64,000 nt of DNA from assembly GCA_040954595.2 (NCBI GenBank), contig CM082576.2, positions 19,701,028 through 19,765,027 on the forward strand, read 5' to 3'. This DNA comes from Balanoglossus misakiensis (Eukaryota; Animalia; Hemichordata). A program made the translations under genes and the position numbers. Below, piece by piece: positions 47,393 to 60,229 of the stretch (position 1 is the first letter of the stretch; each line of letters starts with the position of its first letter). The notes below the pieces were generated by a model that searched no databases, was not told the DNA's origin, and saw only the letters and a program-made list of their open reading frames with translations.

Positions 47393-48862
47393 GCCTTTGC
47401 TCTATCATAGAGGCAAATGGTATTATCTCTTCCAGTGGAAAAGTTGCGGAGCTGTACGTATTCTCCCTTCTGTAATCTGTTCAGCCACTTCGGATTTTCT
47501 TTCCAGAATTTAAGTTCCAGAACGTTGCCATCGTGCTGCATACAAGGCACGCTAAACAGTTTCCCGTTGGCGGAATTCCGGATCTTGACATCCTCCATGA
47601 CGCGCAATTTCACAGCCATGCCTTGGCTGGTTGCAGATGATGGAGCTAAGGTATGTAACAATCGCACCCCGAAACGCCTGGGCCCTTTTTTGTGTGTAGT
47701 CATTGTGGGTATGTTAACCTCCCATGTCCTACATTTTTAGAAATTTAGTATACAAAACTGGATGACCGATTATGTTTTAGAGACCTTTCCCGAATCCACC
47801 TGAAGCCCAGTCGGAATGTCTTGGGATGTAACCTAAATTCAATATGGCCGCCTCCATGCGTTCACTTGCATTTGAAAATACGTTGATTTTATCGTCGATT
47901 AGCGGTGTTTATTCTCAGTATCAATTTAAACGCGGCACTCGCTCACAAGTCATATTCTAGAAAGAAAGAAAAAATGATAGTTTCGAGTACAGATTACATG
48001 TATTTTAAAACGAGGTTTGGTAACAATGGTATCACTACTAAATGACTTACAATCGATGTTTTTAATTGTCTTTGCACCACAGTATGAATCCGGTGATGGT
48101 AAATCGCATTCAACTTAGAAGGCATGGAGAAAGCGCAACTGATGGTAACTGGGATGCCAAACTGAAACTTTTGGGAGAGAAAACCTTGCCATGTATGGAC
48201 GTGGGTGTCACAGTTAAACTTGGGTTAAATACTACAGCGACAACCGAAGTCCCGTTGAGATATGATATGTGGTAGTGCATGTCCACATGAGTGCCGTGTA
48301 CTAGCCTCTCTCTCTGTAAATCCATCCAGGCTACTGCTTTCTGTACATTGGAGAGAAATGAGAACAAGATGGTTAAATCATATTTTGTATAAGTTGGTGT
48401 TGACGAAAATAAGATGCATGTGAATTGTAGGACTGAAATGTTTCTGTAATGAATACTAAATTAAAAGTTCACAACTTGCATGCAGATAGTAAGTGCTGGG
48501 GAAGTTGCAGGGTGGAGATTGCTTTGGTTTAGTTAACTTACTCAATCTTTGTGACTGTTGCATTTCTTGATTGATAGAGTAGTGTACATGCATTGGCAGG
48601 TTTTCTAATATGGCCTCCTCTGTACCCAAGGTCTGGCATAAGGTGGGACACTGTAAGTATTTGCCGTCTGACACAGAAGATGCCACTTCTAGAAAAAAAT
48701 AAAAAGGACAGAATGTGATTGGTAAGACACAGAGACGTGAACATGTACACAAAATGATAGGAAATTGGTGGAAGCAAGTACTGCAGTTAATACTTACTCA
48801 TCTATGTCTATTCCCTCAAATATCCCTTCTACCATATCATCACCATTTGGTTCTTTTAACAC
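47393..48862. pseudogene. Scrambled copy 1 of a spliced OB-fold-like gene
   Basis: Exon A 47619-47393 (-) MAVKLRV..LELKFWKE..LQKGEYVQLRNF. Exon C ~48083-48254 (+) DAKLKLLGEK..VGVTVKL..LNTTATTEV. Exon D ~48862-48798 (-) VLKEPNGDDMVEGIFEGIDID. Exon E ~48688-48538 (-) ..ILENLPMHVHYSI. The OB-fold assignment is pattern-based. Confidence 0.55.
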
Positions 48863-49453
48863 CTTAGGGAAAAATTGAGAGTTACATTAGAAGCACCGAC
48901 AATAGGAGGGGTGGGGGGTAAGGTTTGCAGAGAACAGGTTTTTTTTATGAACATTTGTGAAAATCAGAAATTAGTGACATGTAGGATTTCAATTTTATGA
49001 TGTAACATTGTTTTCTTTTCAACATCAGTTCTCTGAGTAAAAAGATGGCCATGTAAATTTTCTCTAAGTTTGTTAGAGAAATAAAGTACATGTACAACTT
49101 TAGTGTTTCACTAATTGAGTTTCAGTGTTCTTGTATTGTCTCCTTTGCCCCATGTCAACCTCAAAGTAAATATCAAATTTGCCATTTTTGACTTATTTGT
49201 CCTTGTAGTGGGCCACATAGCATTTTAGTGCAACTTATGAAAATCTGAAGAACCAAATGCCTAATTTACCCACTCTGCACAGATTTATTTCAATGGTACT
49301 GACTTGATGATCGGTATAGCGCCCTCTGTGGTAGGGGGTGGGGGTTAACCTAGCCTTTATATGTTTATCCCTGTCCGGTTCCATTCCAATTGTATCTATG
49401 GTAACCTTATTATCAGCAGTAAATGCCACAATTGTAAAACAGCAATAATTTTA

Positions 49454-51775
49454 CAGCCGAAATTATGAAAGGTCGCCGATTCAATATGTGATCTAGACGT
49501 CCTGTGTGCACTGAACACACGATGTGTTTATCTAACACAAACAACAGAACCTCTCATAAATGAGATGCGGTATCATTAGACTAATTACAGATGGTAGTCT
49601 GGAAACACGCCCCCCCCCCCCCTCAGAGAGAGTTGTTTACTTGCGTACACTCTCAACATAAAGCGTGTACACTTTGAGATTAAACTTTGACATCCGTGTT
49701 ACAAGAGAATAAAGTTTCAAATACATGACCATCTTTTACAGTACTGTATAATTTGATTGCATGACACACAGAACAAGAAATACATTATTAAATACGAGTA
49801 AATGAATGAATGAATGTGAATAAAACAGAAGAGATTCCACATGGCCTTAGAGAATGGTAAGTTTGGGTAACGCATGGAAAATAATAGCTTTAACTACAGG
49901 CAAGATATCTAATCCCACGGATCTAAAGAAACCCAAACAAATGACGTGGCGACATCGTAGTACACTGTTCATGTTGTCGCAAGTGAAGAAGACAGTGAAC
50001 CAGAAATAAGTTAACAGAATGATCGATGTTTATTGATCAAACAACATAATGAAGCCATTAAACACAAACTGAAAACAGTAACAAAATTAAGGGAAAATCT
50101 GCTAGATCGCACGAGGAAAACAGGCTGCTACATAAAGTGAAACTCGACAGTGCATGCTCAAAGGAGGTGACGACTAACGTCCATGACAAAAAACAAACGT
50201 TCACTGTACACTGTTCATGTTGTCGCAAGTAATAAAAGTGACTACTTACACTGAACAAGTGAACAAAATGATCGGTGCGTATTGATGGCACAACACAGAA
50301 TATTAAACATGCTAATGTAGTTCGGGGTGCTTCAAACACCGACACATTTCTACAGTTCTTTAATGAAGCGGCGTCCACAGTGATGGAAAACGGCATGCCA
50401 GCGCTCTTACCAGGCGACGTTGTTGTGGTCGACAATTGCCCCATACACCACAACAGGGGAGGGGCAGTTTTGTCGGAGTTTTTAGATGTCATGGGTATGG
50501 AGTATATATTCACTCCTACCTACTCACCAGAATTTAATGCGGCTGAATTTGCCTTCAGGTGTATTAAGACCCTGTTTAAGCAACCATTTTATCGGCAACT
50601 TGCTGGTGATAATTTGGAGCATGCAATCCTGAGAGCGGTAATCGAAATAACACCGGCACAATGTTTAGGCTTCTTCAGATCAGTCGGATATCTGGCCTTG
50701 TAAGCAAACTACCACGGCTACCACTTCGGTCGCCAAGAGTTTCATCGTTCATGTAATACCTAAGAACGTTTCCAGCTGTTTTTTTTTACAAAACTTTGTC
50801 TTAGAATAGACGGGTATTAAACTATTCAAACGTGTGACATTTTACCAATGCGTTTTCCTTGTGCGATCTATCTGATCGTCTACTCTGTTCTGTTTTCATT
50901 TTTTTAAATCTTTTGTTGTATCATCAATAAGCACCCATCATTTTGTTCATTTATTTCTTGTTCAGTGTTTACTAAGTAGTCACTTTTATTACTAGAAAAT
51001 TTATTTACTTGCGACAACATGAACAGTGTACAGTGAACGTTTGTTTTTTGTCATGGACGTTAGTCGTCACCTCCTTTGAGCATGCACTGTCGAGTTTCAC
51101 TTTATGTAGCAGCATTTTTTCCCTCGTGCGATCTAGCAGATTTTCCCTTAATTTTGTTACTGTTTTCAGTTTGTGTTTAATGGCTTCATTATGTTGTTTG
51201 ATCAATAAACACCGATCATTCTGTTAACTTATTTCTGGTTCACTGTCTTCTTCACTTGCGACAACATGAACAGTGTACTACGATGTCGCCACGTCATTTG
51301 TTTGGGTTTCTTTAGATCCGTGGGATTAGATATCTTGCGACAACATGTACAGTGAACGTTTGTTTTATCATGGACGTTAGTCGTCACCTCCGTTGAGCAC
51401 TGTCGGGAGCAGTCTCTTCTGTTTTATTCACATTCTTTCATTTACTTGTACATAATATTGCATTTCTTGTTCTGTGTGATGCAAGCATGAGTACTGTAAA
51501 AGATGGTCATGTATTTGAAACTTTATTCTCTTGTAACACGGATGTCAAAGTTTAATCTCAAAGTGTATACGCTTTATGTTGAGAGTGTACCCAAGTAAAC
51601 AACTCTCTCTGAGGGGGAGCGTGTTTCCAGACTACCATCTGTAATTAGTCTAATGATACCGCATCTCTTTTATGAGAGGTTCTGTTGTTTGTGTTAGATA
51701 AACACATCGTGTGTTCAGTGCACACAGGACGTCTAGATCACATATTGAATCGGCGACCTTTCATAATTTCGGCTG
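49454..51775 (+). mobile_element. Internally deleted Tc1/mariner (IS630-Tc1) element with ~800-bp inverted arms
   Basis: TA-CAGCCGAAATTATGAAAGG ... CCTTTCATAATTTCGGCTG-TA. Arms 49454-50272 and 50937-51775 enclose a transposase fragment. Confidence 0.85.
50275..50703 (+). pseudogene. C-terminal half of a DD37E IS630/Tc1-family transposase
   Basis: PGDVVVVDNCPIHH...EYIFTPTYSPEFNAAEFAF. 37 residues lie between the second D and the E. The first D and the N-terminal DNA-binding domain are missing. Confidence 0.88.
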
Positions 51776-52373
51776 TAGTATCAAGCACTCTGTGGAATTA
51801 AATATACCCTGTGTATTCTTTGTTTCCCATTAGTAATCATGCAACTTTGCCATTTTGGGCCTTCTGATTTGCTGTATGTGCTCACTAGTCCTTCCCAACG
51901 TCTCTGAATTAGAAGGCCATTGTCATTTGTATAGTGTAGACACATTTCATTTTAGTACAACTGATGAAAGTCTCGTGAAAAACCAAATGCTTAATTTACC
52001 CACTGTGCAAAGATTATCTGAATGATATTGTGTTGATCGTCATATAGTATAGCGCCCTCTGCGATAGTATTTGGATGATTGTGCCAGGGAGAAGGGGGTA
52101 CTGAGGGAGCAGATGCAGATGACAGCAAGGCATATCCACTGAACAATGAGACGGTACGTGTTGTCAGCATTCAGGGAGAGTAAAAAGGGGAGCGCAAGAG
52201 ACCAGGATGAAGAGACGAGCAGTATTGCATCATCTGTGGAAAAAAATGCCAAGAGAAGGTAAGTGTGGAAGACAAGCACTTAAGGGTTATAAACAAATGT
52301 TTTTTTGTGGACAGTTTTAGTATCAAGCATTGTGGAATTAAATATACACAGTGTGTGTTGTGTGTTAGATAGG

Positions 52374-52397
52374 TACATACATACATACATACATACA

Positions 52398-52431
<34 letters not shown>

Positions 52432-52580
52432 CATACATACATACATACATACATACATACATGCATGCATACATAGATACATAGATACATACATACATAC
52501 ATACATACATACATACATACATACATACATACATACATACATACATACATACATACATACATACATACATACATGCATGC
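52374..52580. repeat. (TACA)n microsatellite
   Basis: Direct reading. It explains the MYVC-repeat ORFs. Confidence 0.97.
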
Positions 52581-55034
52581 ATGTACCTATCTAACACACA
52601 ACACACACTGTGTATATTTGTTGGGCATTTTGGTTTTCTACCACATATCTCAGTAGTTTCCATGCCATAGTGACTCTTCAGTTTTACATAATGATATCCA
52701 ATATAACCCAATCTACTATTAATGCGATTTTTTTTTCATTTTGATTGTGGAAATGGTTAAAAATGAAAAACATCTGAATTTGTACTTTAATAAATATAAG
52801 CTATATAGTATTTTAAAATGGTCATAAATTTATGTTAACATGGCAAAACATGTTTTAGTGTTTATGTATACTTGTTTAATATAGAGAAATAATTGTACAA
52901 ATAAAATGACAACTTACTTTTGCTTTTAAAAATAATTAAAAATGGTAATGTTTCTTGAGATATACCAGGGTTTCTAGAATATAGAGGGCGCTGGCACGGG
53001 AACATTTGATGGTTGTCCCCAATACAACATTCTGGTATCATGTTTTATCATCTGTGGACATTTGGCGGCGAAATCCAACAGGATGTGCATAACATCCCGA
53101 GAAGGTCTTCTCGTTGTATTGCTTCTTGAGATATTGAAACTGTCTTGAATCCCAACGCGAATGTGATGGTGATGCGTATGTTGTTGCACGTAGTCACATC
53201 CGAAAACGAATCAAGTGCTCTTGTTGTTCAGCAGCTGAATATAGGTTAGTGGGATATGTGTATATTCTCGTGGTTATTTTTAAATGAGTATAAATGACAG
53301 AATCGGTGGTTTGAACGTGTAAGAGTTGATGGTATTGGTTATGTAGTTGTGTTTTATCCAATGGTAGTGTGATTTTAATTGTGTATGAGGCGATGGCAGT
53401 TTTGTCAGGCTTTTTTATTTTCGTGTCGAGCGACATCCAATATGGCGGTTGTCGTTATATACTGAAAAGGTGTCGTTTGTATGCATGTTTTGGCAAATTG
53501 TATATATGTTAAGATGGTGAAGTTTGCTTGAAGGAATAGAAACATCAGAGGCTGGGTACATCGGAGTTTCTATTTCATTCCATACAAGTTGAAATTAAGC
53601 TTATTTTTGGAGTGTATACAGGTACATATGATTATTTAGAAACGGTTTTAGGCAAGCGAATCTGCTGAATTCGGGCGATCGGTCTTGTATCGTGTGTATG
53701 AAACGTACAAGCAGTGGTAGGATATTATTTTGGGATGTGTACTTCAATAGTTTCCATGTCTCTTATATGTATTTGTCAAAAAATAAACAGTAGTAAAAAT
53801 GGATTGTATTTTCCATTATTTTTTCTGTTAATATTGTATGTTTACATGACCAAAAGCCTTAAGGTTTTCATTGGAATTTATATCAGGGTAATCAATTTGT
53901 TTTTGATAATTATTTGCTTCAAATATGGAACAATCTGTGTGAGTACATAACAGAAACATTGCTAGATAATTTGACATTTGAATTGTTCGTAAGAATGTGA
54001 GGACAAGCATAGAATTGGCCAAATTATGCTGGTGACCACTCTGTTTAGTGTGTATGCTTTCTATAGTCGTGACAGGCATGTTAAAAACATAGACAATGAA
54101 ATCTGGTTGGAGCATGAAAAGTAGAGTTGACTTGTTAACATATTTTGATGCCATGAAACCATTTTGTGGACAGGACAATTTATGTGACCAAGAATTGATT
54201 TTCTGAATATCACAAGGTTGATAGTGAATTCATTGTAATTTGTTGTCCTGTTTAAGTAGTGGGGTTATTGTAAAAAAATCATCATTCGCTATCTTGTACT
54301 TGGAGTGATGTCATCTCGACATTGATACATTATGGCTATTGAGAGGTGTGTGTTATGCAGGCAAGTGTATATCTTGATGTACTTGTTTAAATACACAATT
54401 ATACTTAATGATTTAATTTAAAAGTTTTGTTTATTTTCTTGACAGTTTTGGCTACCAAAGAGTTCTCAAGGTGAGTGTTGGTGTACATCAGTGCAAAGTA
54501 TCATGTACAAACTAAGAGATCAACACACTCAAATGTGTATTGTGTCGTGTACGAATTAGTTTCGTAAATCATTTGTAGATAACGTGTTTAGTTTTGTGGT
54601 AAGTGACACTGAGGTTTCAGATCGGATAGGATGATTGTCCAGTGCCATGCATTGTGTGTTAACATGTGAAAGCACTAGCCTAATTTGTTTGAAATTTGGT
54701 ATTCAGGGATGATGTAAGAAAAAATAATTTTAACAGTTCATAGAATCAGTGTTTATTAATACTTCAAAAAGGTATGTGACTTGAATGTGTGCAGTACATC
54801 ATTGTGCTATGTGGTGTTAACACCATTGAATAGTGCCATTACTTACAGCAATCTTACAGCAATGGCTTCAGTAAAACATTGAGTATGATTTGTGTGATTC
54901 CTGATACCCCTGTCTTGTCATTTGTGATGTTTTACTGTGTACTTTTTGAAATAAAGAAACTGGTGTGTTAGTTGAATATGTCAGTGAGTGAATGTGCAAT
55001 TGGACAGTGTGTTGGCAGTTAGTGGAGATAAAAA

Positions 55035-55108
55035 ATCCTCATGGTGTAATGGTTAACACACTTGTCACTTTGTGATAAGAGATCCAGGTTCGATTCCTGG
55101 TGGGGATG
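55035..55108 (+). tRNA. tRNA-like cloverleaf with non-canonical extended anticodon arm (pseudo-tRNA or SINE head)
   Basis: Acceptor ATCCTCA/TGGGGAT, D-arm GTGT/ACAC, T-arm CCAGG-TTCGATT-CCTGG. A box TGGTGTAATGG, B box GGTTCGATTCC. Anticodon arm CTTGTC-ACTTTGT-GATAAG. No oligo-T terminator follows. Confidence 0.65.
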
Positions 55109-55276
55109 ATGAAAAAAAGAGTCCATTAGCTGTGTGTTTGAGTATGAGTGTAATATATGTATGTACGTATTTATGCATGTATGTATGTAGCCAGCAAACA
55201 TACAAAACATATTGTGTATATTCAATTCCATACAGTGTTTGATAATAAATATGTTGCTGTTTTACAATTTGGCATT

Positions 55277-57300
55277 CACTGCTGATAATTAGGTTTCCAT
55301 AGATACAAGCGGAATGCAATAGAAGAGGGATAACCATATACATGTATAGAAAAGGTAGGTTACCCCTTCCCCTATAATCCAAATACTACCACAGAGGGTG
55401 CTATACTATATGATCATCAACTGAGTATCATTCAAATACTCTGTGCACAGTGGGTAAATACACATTTGTTTTTTTAGGAGACTTTCATCAGTTGCAGTAA
55501 AATACAACGTGACTACACTATATACACCAATGAGAATGGCCATGTAATTCAGAGAGTGCTTGATATTAAAACTGTTTCATAGTTGTGGCCTTTACTGCTG
55601 ATAATTAGGTTACCATAGATACAAGCCCAATGCAACATGACAGGGATAAACATATGCAAAGACAAGATTAAACCCCACCTCCATAATCAAAATACTACCA
55701 CAGAGGGCGCTATACTATATGACCATCAACTGAGTATCATTCAAATACTCTGTGCACAGTGGGTAAAGACACATTTGGTTTTTTAGGAGACTTTCATCAG
55801 TTGTAGTAAAATACAACGTGACTACACTATATACACCAATGAGAATGGCCATGTAATTCAGAGAGTGCTTGATATTAAAACTGTTTCATAGTTGTGGCCT
55901 TTACTGCTGATAATTAGGTTACCATAGATACAAGCCCAATGCAACATGACAGGGATAAACATATGCAAAGACAAGATTTAACCCCACCTCCATAATCAAA
56001 ATACTACCACAGAGGGCGCTATACTATATGACCATCAACTGAGTATCATTCAAATACTCTGTGCACAGTGGGTAAAGACACATTTGGTTTTTTAGGAGAC
56101 TTTCATCAGTTGTAGTAAAATACAACGTGACTACACTATATACACCAATGAGAATGGCCATGTAATTCAGAGAGTGCTTGATATTAAAACTGTTTCATAG
56201 TTGTGGCCTTTACTGCTGATAATTAGGTTACCATAGATACAAGCCCAATGCAACATGACAGGGATAAACATATGCAAAGACAAGATTTAACCCCACCTCC
56301 ATAGTCAAAATACTACCACAGAGGGCGCTATACTATATGACCATCAACTGAGTATCATTCAAATACTCTGTGCACAGTGGGTAAAGACACATTTGGTTTT
56401 TTAGGAGACTTTCATCAGTTGTAGTAAAATACAACGTGACTACACTATATACACCAATGAGAATGGCCATGTAATTCAGAGAGTGCTTGATATTAAAACT
56501 GTTTCATAGTTGTGGCCTTTACTGCTGATAATTAGGATACCATAGATACAAGCCCAATGCAACATGACAGGGATAAACATATGCAAAGACAAGATTTAAC
56601 CCCACCTCCATAATCAAAATACTACCACAGAGGGCGCTATACTATATGACCATCAACTGAGTATCATTCAAATACTCTGTGCACAGTGGGTAAAGACACA
56701 TTTGGTTTTTTAGGAGACTTTCATCAGTTGTAGTAAAATACAACGTGACTACACTATATACACCAATGAGAATGGCCATGTAATTCAGAGAGTGCTTGAT
56801 ATTAAAACTGTTTCATAGTTGTGGCCTTTACTGCTGATAATTAGGTTACCATAGATACAAGCCCAATGCAACATGACAGGGATAAACATATGCAAAGACA
56901 AGATTTAACCCCACCTCCATAATCAAAATACTACCACAGAGGGCGCTATACTATATGACCATCAACTGAGTATCATTCAAATACTCTGTGCACAGTGGGT
57001 AAAGACACATTTGGTTTTTTAGGAGACTTTCACCAGTTGCAGTAAAATACAACGTGACTACACTATATGCACCAATGAGAATGGCCGTGTAATTCAGAGT
57101 GCTTGATATTAAAACTGTTTCAAAGCTGTGGCCTTTACTGCTGATAATTAGGTTACCATAGATACAAGTGGAATGGAACCGGACAGGGATAAACATACAA
57201 AGGCTAGGTTACCCCCCCCCAAATACTACCACAGAGGGCGCTATACTGATCATCAAGTCTGTACCATTGAAATAAATCTGTGCAGAGTGGGTAAATTAGG
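55277..57300. repeat. Tandem repeat, 309-bp unit, about 6.5 copies
   Basis: tttactgctgataattagg at 55591, 55900, 56209 and onward. Inner copies are near-identical and the edge copies diverged. Reverse-strand relatives lie at 49260-49440 and 51780-52080. Confidence 0.95.
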
Positions 57301-57653
57301 CATTTGGTTCTTCAGATTTTCATAAGTTGCACTAAAATGCTATGTGGCCCACTACAAGGACAAATAAGTCAAAAATGGCAAATTTGACGTTTACTTTGAG
57401 GTTGGCATGGGGCAAACGAGACAATACAAGAACACTGAAACTCAATTAGTGAAACACTAAAGTTGTACTTTATTTCTCTAACAAACTTAGAGAAAATTTA
57501 CATGGCCATCTTTTTACTCAGAGACCTGATGTTGAATAGAAATGTGGTAGTGCAGGTCCACATGAGTGCCGTGTACTAGCCTCTCTCTCTGCAAATCCAT
57601 CCACAACTTGCATGCAGATAGTGGGAGTCTGATGTAAGCAACTACTGCAGTTA

Positions 57654-58640
57654 CAGTCAGGACGTAAGTGGGATAATTAAACAGCAGGGGATCATGCAAT
57701 GCAAACAATTGAACTGGCCAGTAACGTTTGAATTGCTCATTTGCATACAGTTTTTCAACTTTTTTCACAACGAAAGTTAAGCAACTAGCAACCCATTTCT
57801 GACAATTATTTCACCCCAGGCACATTACTGGTACTATGAGTGTACTACATGTGATTTTTCATGAAGTTTTATCGAGAAGAATTTCTTTACTTCCACTGAC
57901 AAAATTGTGATCTCGAAATTCAAAGTGACCTTGAAGTTACAAAAAAAAAAATATCAGCCATACCCACACAAAAATTAACCCCCTCAGGTTTTAGAAACAT
58001 TATTAAACTCCTCTATTCATAATTTTGACATGAATATATCCATGCCGAGAGTCAAGGACCACAATTTACTGTGCCATAGGTCAGTCCTGAGAAGTCAGTC
58101 AGCGTGAATAGTGTATAGACTCCGTATGTAATATGCTAATGAGAGATAACGACACGTTGAAAAGGAAGCCATTACGTCATGGGTTAACATGCGTTGACCT
58201 ACTTCAATGCATACACATATGGCAAACACGGCTGTACTCGTCGATGGCGAAGGCAATTTTTACACCGTCATTACTCCACAACGGAGCGGCTCACACTATT
58301 ATAATTTCACGGTAACTTAGTTCAATATCTTCCTAACCTACCCAATTTTTTTCAAGACAAGAAATCTTTGCCGAGAGTCAAGGACCACAATTTAAACCAA
58401 CATACCGAAACTGTCTTTCTCGGGAAAGCGTCGTTAAAACTTCACGAAAAATCATCCTATCATTGACTATGGTGTTTCATACACGTCTTAGAAAAATGGG
58501 TGCACTACGATCACTTGTAGTACCGAAAATCTCCGTTTGAAAATTTTTCGAACTGGCCGTAACTGCCACTCAGCGACTTTCACATTCAAATAGATCTCTT
58601 TGATCTCACCGCCGTAATTACCCCACTTACGTCCTGACTG
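57654..58640. mobile_element. Non-autonomous DNA transposon, 987 bp, TIR CAGTCAGGACGTAAGTGGG, 4-bp TSD GTTA
   Basis: gtta-CAGTCAGGACGTAAGTGGG ... CCCACTTACGTCCTGACTG-gtta. The empty site actgcagttaatacttac is present in the paralogous copy at ~48780. Confidence 0.88.
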
Positions 58641-58649
58641 GTTAATACT

Positions 58650-60229
58650 TACAAAGTGTATTACCTCCAACACCCCATGGACGGTATCATGTCATCACCA
58701 GTAGCTATAGGTTGTTTTAACACCTTGAGAGAAAAAAATGGATTGTTACTGATAGATTACAAAGCACTGACAATACAAGAGGGGGAGGGGTAAGGTTTGT
58801 TGAGAGCAGTTGTTTTTTGCTAAACATTAGTGAAAATATGAAATTATTGACATGTAGGATTTCAATTTTATGATGTAAGAGTATTTTATAATATCTCACC
58901 GGGACTTCAGTTGTCGCTGTAGTATTTAACCCAAGTTTAACTGTGCCAACCACGTCCATGCATGGCAAGGTTTTCTCTCCCAAAAGTTTCAGTTTGGTAT
59001 CCCAGTTACCATCAGTTGCACTTACTCCACGCCTTCTAAGTTGAATGCGATTTACCATCACATGATTCATACTGTGGTGCAAAGACAATTAAAAACATCG
59101 ATTGTAAGTCATTTAGTAGTGATACCATTGTGACCAAACCTCGTTTTAAAATACATGTAATCCGTACTCGAAACTATCATTTTTTTTCTTTCTAGAATAT
59201 TAGAACGCGCTCAAAAATAAAAATGCGACCTGTAAGCGAGTGCCGCGTTTCAATTGGTACTGACGATAAACACCGCCACTCGGAGATAAAATCAACGTTT
59301 TTTTTTAATGCAAGTGAACGCATGGAGGCGGCCATATTGAATTTAGGTTACATCCCAAGACATTCCGACTGGGCTTCAGGTGGATTCGGGAAAGGTCTCT
59401 AAAACATAATCGGTCATCCAATTTTGTATACTAAATTTCTAAAAATGTAGGACATGGGAGGTTAACATACCCACAATGACTACACACAAAAAAGGGCCCA
59501 GGCGTTTCGGGGTGCGATTGTTACGTACCTTAGCTCCATCATCTGCAACCATGCAGCCAAGGAGTGGCAGTGAAATTGTGCCTCATTGAGGATACAGTCT
59601 AGATCCGGAATTCAGCCAACGGCAAACTGTTTAGCGTGCCTTGTATGCAGCAGGATGGCAACGTTCTGGAACTTAAATTCTGGAAAGAAAATCCGAAATA
59701 GCTGAACAGATAACAGAAGAGAGAATACAAACAGCTCCGCAACTTTTCCACTGGAAGATATAATACCATTTGCCTCTATAATAGAGCAAAGGTATGTTAT
59801 AATCGCACCCCGAAACTTATCGGAAGGTCTTCGGATGTAATCCAATATGGCAGCCTCCATGCGATCACGTACATTGAAAATCCATTGATTTCATCGCCGA
59901 TTACCGATGTTTATCGTCAATACCGATTCAAACGCGGCACTCGTTTACAAGTCGCATTTATTTTCGATCGCGTTCCAATATTTTAAACAAACTAGATTAC
60001 TGATAAAAATGCTCAAAATTTTTCCTCCAAATGCCACCTTTACGGATTCAGTCACACAACTTACAGACTACGCCAAACTTTTTTCCAGATCATACCTTGC
60101 GGGCGAAAAGCGATGGATATACCTGAAAAATTGGTAACAGAATTGTATCATCCGCCACAAATAATGATATCAGAAGTCGAGATATCTCCACAGAAGAAGA
60201 GGGTGTGCGTTGTAGGAAAAGTCCATGAT
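58650..60229. pseudogene. Scrambled copy 2 of the spliced OB-fold-like gene
   Basis: Exon A (~59563-59791, +, degenerate) ends RAK|gtatgt in phase 0. Exon B 60089-60229 (+) IIPCGRKAMDIPEKLVTELYHPPQIMISEVEISPQKKRVCVVGKVHD|gtgagt. Exon C ~59071-58900 (-) ..LNTTATTEVP|gtgaga is followed by exon D VLKQP.. (~58724, -). Confidence 0.6.

Noticed and set aside
52171-52711. MYVC-repeat ORFs
   Set aside because: (TACA)n microsatellite translations.
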